A stretch of DNA of 64,000 nt, taken from IMG/VR virus record IMGVR_UViG_3300050343_000117, positions 1-64,000 of that record; one strand, given 5' to 3'. Below are positions 60,096 through 64,000 of the stretch, in pieces; positions within the stretch are counted from its first letter, which is position 1, and each line of letters begins with the position of its first letter. The stretch comes from a virus. The notes below the pieces were generated by a model. The model searched no databases, was not told the DNA's origin, and was given only the letters and a program-made list of their open reading frames with translations. A program made the position numbers and the translations under genes.

Positions 60096-63000
60096 TTAGT
60101 TTACAATAGTACCATTCACATCGTATACATCGATACGATAGTGAGATGGTGCCGCGCCACCTAGTTTGTCAGCGTCATCTGAAGCAACAGACTCAGCAAC
60201 ACGTAGTGAAGACTCAGCTTCTACTTCGTCAACCTTGATCTCACCAGTTACAGATGAGTAAGTGATGCACAGACCACCAGATAGACAATCTTTAGTACGT
60301 TGTTCTGTCCAGTACTTGTTGATTGATCCTTCTGAGACGTTATCAGTATTCCACGCTTCGATTGCAACTACACCAGATTCTAGTGCAGAGATGCGACCAG
60401 TGTTAGAGTTGACAACACCTGTGATCGAACCATCAGCAGATTGGAATGCAGCAACGATTTCTGTTAGAGAATCTAGTGACGCTGGGTCAGTGTTCTCTTT
60501 GATGAAATCGAGTTGCGTCTGAAGACCAGTGTCCGCGTTTTGACGATCAATGACTTCTTGTGCAAGGTCACTAGCGATTTGACCTTCTGCTTGAGTTGCA
60601 CGAGCAACTTCAGTCGAAAGGTCAGAAGTCAACTGAGTATCCGCTGCAGAACGAGTAGCCGCTTCTAAAGAAACTTCAGAAGAGTTTGCATTGTCACCAG
60701 CGATTCGAGCAGCAGTTTCGACAGCAAGAGCAGCCGAATGGTCTGAATCTGTTCCGATTCGAGTGGCCATTTGTGATTGTAGAGTATCGATCTCACCTTC
60801 AGCAGTAGTTAAACGACCATCGTGAGCAGTTACTTGGGTCTGTAGTGCAGCATCACCAGCACCACGTGCAGACTCTTCAGCAGACAAGTCTGTTTCAAGT
60901 GCAGTGATGTTGTTTTCAGCAGTAGTCAATCGACCACCGTTTGCAGTGATAACACCAGATAGATCTGAGTCAGCATTTTCAAACGCAGATACGATCTCAA
61001 CCAATGTGTCTAGAGATGCAGGGGAACCGGCAATAATAGTACCGACCTGATTCTGTAGACCAATGATGTCAGACTCTAGAGCAGCATCAGCAGAACTACG
61101 TGCAGATGTTTCTGACACGATGTTCGCAGCGTTGACTGCTTCCGCAGATGTTGCACGAGCAACTTCAGCAGTAATCTGTGACTGTAGACCAGATACGTCA
61201 CCGGACTGAAGTACTTCAAGAGCGTCTATCTCTGCTTGTAGAGCTGCGTCAGCAGAACTACGTGTACTTGCTTCCGAACTGACGGCCGCAATTCGAGCAG
61301 CAACTTCTGCGTCATGATCAGTTTGACTTGCTTTGGTTCCAATGGATGTTGCTACTGTCGCAGAGAAGTTCGCGTCGTCACCAAGTGCCGCAGCTAGTTC
61401 GTTCAACGTATCCAATGCCGCAGGGGCAGCGTCTACAGTTGCCGCAACAACACCATCAACATACCCTTTGTTAGCAGCTTGTCCAACGTCTGTCGGAGTA
61501 TCAACTCTAACATCCGAACCACTTAGCATGACAATACCGTCTTGGAAGTCGAATGTTCCGCCAGGACCAGTAGCAGTTATTGAACCACCAGATGCAATCT
61601 GAAGTTGATCTGTTGCCAAACGACCACTTACTAGATCAGTCCACTCGTAGTCTGTACCAGTCCACTTGACGAATTCGCCAGCATTAGCAGTAGGAATGTT
61701 TAAGTGTTGGTCGATCTCTGCCTTAGTGGCATTACCGAAACCACCACCAGTGATTGTTGACGAACCGAAGTTTACTATAGAACCTTCGAAATCGACAGTT
61801 CCTGTTTGAACTTTTAGGTCATTCGATTCAATGTGATCAATGAATCCACGAGCAGCATAAACATCATTAGCGTTCTTGATGTTGTTACTATCCATGTCAA
61901 GTTCAGCAGTCATCTGAATATCAGTTGAACCTGAAGATGTGCTGATACCAGAAGTACGTGAGTTTGCAGCAGCAATTGCCGCAGCGTTTGCGACTTCTGC
62001 CGCAGTCGCACGAGCGACTTCTGCGTCATGATCTACTTGACTTGCCTTAGTAGCAATTGAAGTAGTGACAGTTGATGCGAAGTTCGCGTCGTCACCAAGT
62101 GCCGCAGCTAGTTCGTTCAATGTGTCTAGTGCCGCAGGAGCAGCATCTACTGTAGCAGCAACAACCTGATCAGCATATGCCTTGGCATCTGCTTCAGCAG
62201 CGTCTGCTTTCGCGGTTGCGTCAGCGGATGCAGTTGAGATTGCTTCTGACTTAGCAGTAGCGATTGCAGTAGTTAGAGATGAAGTATCTCCAGACTGAGA
62301 TTGAGACAATGTGTCTAGTTCTGCGTGTACTTCGTTAACCGCACCTGCAACAGTCTGAGCAGTAGTGTCTAGTGCAATTATAGATGCACCCTGCTGGAAG
62401 ATTTTAAAGTCGTCGAATGCGACCGCAGTCCCATTGACACCAAAGTAAAAATCTACATATGCATAGGTGACGCCTGCTGGCTGAGGCCAACTGTGGGTTC
62501 TTTGGTGATAGTCTTCCCCAGTACCAGAATATAATAGATTAACCTGATACTCATGAGGATGATCAGCGGTTTCCCACTTGACATCAATACGGTGACCATG
62601 ATTCAAAGGACCAGCAACTTGTTGTACGAACGTATTCAGTTCGTACGTTGCACTTGGCTCTAATCCAGTTAAGACCATTCTTGCGACTGTTCCACCACCA
62701 TTCAGATTTCTGATTATGAAACTCTGACCAGTTTGTCCTTCTTCAATCCATGTCGGCCAAGTTGTATCACCAGTATACGGGCTATTTGACGCAAACTGCG
62801 TACCGTCTGGGTGTGCCGTGATAGTCACGTTCTGTGTTATTGGACTAGAAGAAGTCCAAACAGATGGTGAATATACACTAGGTATTTCTGTATTACCTTC
62901 ACCAACGAATGCGTCTAGTGTTGCAATTGCAGAAGTGTTTGCTCCGATAGATGCTGTCACTGTCGAAGCGAAGTTTGCGTCGTCACCTAGTGCAGCTGCC

Positions 63001-63986
63001 AACTCGTTAAGAGTATCCAGTGCAGCAGGAGCGGCGTCAACAGTTGCAGCGACAACTTGATCAGCATATGCTTTAGCACTTGTTTCTGCAGCATCTGCCT
63101 TAGTAGTTGCGTCTGCTGAAGCACTTGCTTCTGCCGCATCTGCCTTAGAAGTTGCGTCTGCTGAAGCAGTTGAGATTGCTTCTGACTTAGCAGTTGCAAC
63201 ATCATTAGAAAGGTCATTAAGTACATCGACAACTGACTTTTGCGCACCTAAAATTTCTACTGATGCATCATGCATAATTTCAGAGAAATGATAAAATCCA
63301 CTGGCAGTTCCAGAAATCTGATCATCGTTGAACGAAGATACTGGCGAAGAAGGGTTCTCTGCGTCATACGCATAAACCCATGACTTACCTTCATTAGGAT
63401 TAGTATCCCAATTATTCATCCACGCATCATCTCCGCGATCGCTCACATATACCTTATCGCCGATTTTTGTCATAGACCAAGTAAATCTGTTTGATAACGC
63501 ACCATTATAGTTGCCGCCTTGTGGTGCGGTAATTTCAAGAGGTGATGATGAAAGGTTATTCTTGTCGTATACGTAAAGAGAACCTTGCTGACTATCGTAA
63601 CTGGAACTACTCGTGCCAGGTGATGCAAATCGCGCACCAACAAACAACTTAGTGTCTGTTTCTACCATAGAATGGCCAAACGCGTCATCTTGAGGAGAAC
63701 CTAATTGGGTATTATACCAAGAATTTTCTGGCGACATAACTGATTCTAGATACGCCGATGAACCAGAGTTTAACGAAGATAATGAGTATACATACAAACC
63801 GCCAGTTTCAGAAGGACTACTTCCTGTTGCAACATACAACTTAGTCCCATCTTGAGATAACATTAAGTTTTCTGCATAACTATAAAAACCATTTCCAGAA
63901 ATAAGGTTTACAGGAGTTCCGGAAAAGCGTTTGTAAATCAAACACTGCAAGAGCACCACTACCATCTGAAGTGTCATTATTTCCAT
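60096..63986 (-). CDS. Long modular fibre/whisker-type structural protein (5' end probably outside the window)
   Basis: Ala-rich coiled coils, repeated APAALDTLNELAAALGDDANF modules, interspersed beta-rich domains; sits at the wac/fibritin position before gp13. Confidence 0.75.
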   Translation of the reverse strand: MEIMTLQMVVVLLQCLIYKRFSGTPVNLISGNGFYSYAENLMLSQDGTKLYVATGSSPSETGGLYVYSLSSLNSGSSAYLESVMSPENSWYNTQLGSPQDDAFGHSMVETDTKLFVGARFASPGTSSSSYDSQQGSLYVYDKNNLSSSPLEITAPQGGNYNGALSNRFTWSMTKIGDKVYVSDRGDDAWMNNWDTNPNEGKSWVYAYDAENPSSPVSSFNDDQISGTASGFYHFSEIMHDASVEILGAQKSVVDVLNDLSNDVATAKSEAISTASADATSKADAAEASASADATTKADAAETSAKAYADQVVAATVDAAPAALDTLNELAAALGDDANFASTVTASIGANTSAIATLDAFVGEGNTEIPSVYSPSVWTSSSPITQNVTITAHPDGTQFASNSPYTGDTTWPTWIEEGQTGQSFIIRNLNGGGTVARMVLTGLEPSATYELNTFVQQVAGPLNHGHRIDVKWETADHPHEYQVNLLYSGTGEDYHQRTHSWPQPAGVTYAYVDFYFGVNGTAVAFDDFKIFQQGASIIALDTTAQTVAGAVNEVHAELDTLSQSQSGDTSSLTTAIATAKSEAISTASADATAKADAAEADAKAYADQVVAATVDAAPAALDTLNELAAALGDDANFASTVTTSIATKASQVDHDAEVARATAAEVANAAAIAAANSRTSGISTSSGSTDIQMTAELDMDSNNIKNANDVYAARGFIDHIESNDLKVQTGTVDFEGSIVNFGSSTITGGGFGNATKAEIDQHLNIPTANAGEFVKWTGTDYEWTDLVSGRLATDQLQIASGGSITATGPGGTFDFQDGIVMLSGSDVRVDTPTDVGQAANKGYVDGVVAATVDAAPAALDTLNELAAALGDDANFSATVATSIGTKASQTDHDAEVAARIAAVSSEASTRSSADAALQAEIDALEVLQSGDVSGLQSQITAEVARATSAEAVNAANIVSETSARSSADAALESDIIGLQNQVGTIIAGSPASLDTLVEIVSAFENADSDLSGVITANGGRLTTAENNITALETDLSAEESARGAGDAALQTQVTAHDGRLTTAEGEIDTLQSQMATRIGTDSDHSAALAVETAARIAGDNANSSEVSLEAATRSAADTQLTSDLSTEVARATQAEGQIASDLAQEVIDRQNADTGLQTQLDFIKENTDPASLDSLTEIVAAFQSADGSITGVVNSNTGRISALESGVVAIEAWNTDNVSEGSINKYWTEQRTKDCLSGGLCITYSSVTGEIKVDEVEAESSLRVAESVASDDADKLGGAAPSHYRIDVYDVNGTIVN
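61365..63070. repeat. Three near-identical coding repeats in the fibre gene
   Basis: 42-nt exact match at 61365-61406 and 62079-62120; third copy near 62970-63070. Confidence 0.8.
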
Positions 63987-64000
63987 ATTGCAATATGGAA

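Overview
This is a 64-kb piece of a large T4-like (Tevenvirinae/Kyanoviridae-style gene order) myovirus, probably marine and infecting a heterotrophic (gamma)proteobacterium. All convincing genes lie on the minus strand. Read right to left, the window holds: (1) a modular fibre protein and the gp13-gp23 neck/terminase/tail/head module, with gp15 fused to DUF285-like repeats; (2) gp3, uvsY, uvsW, gp55, gp47/46/45/44/62, regA, hsp20, gp43, uvsX and gp41, interleaved with sugar-nucleotide and oxygenase genes; (3) an accessory region. Twelve tRNAs and three unusual metabolic genes (alternative oxidase, isocitrate lyase, di-haem cytochrome c peroxidase) are spread over regions 2 and 3. (4) A late-expressed block whose proteins begin with a T4 capsid-targeting-like motif. 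That block includes a ligase-fold protein, an HxGH nucleotidyltransferase, a PD-(D/E)xK-like nuclease and a P-loop kinase, and may be an injected repair/counter-defence payload. Candidate non-coding elements are a 170-nt 6S-like rod RNA abutting tRNA-Ala, a manA-like RNA, a ROSE-like thermometer on hsp20, and one antisense sigma70 promoter. Many essential genes carry frameshifts, best explained as long-read indel errors. All family assignments come from motif recognition and recall, not from database searches.
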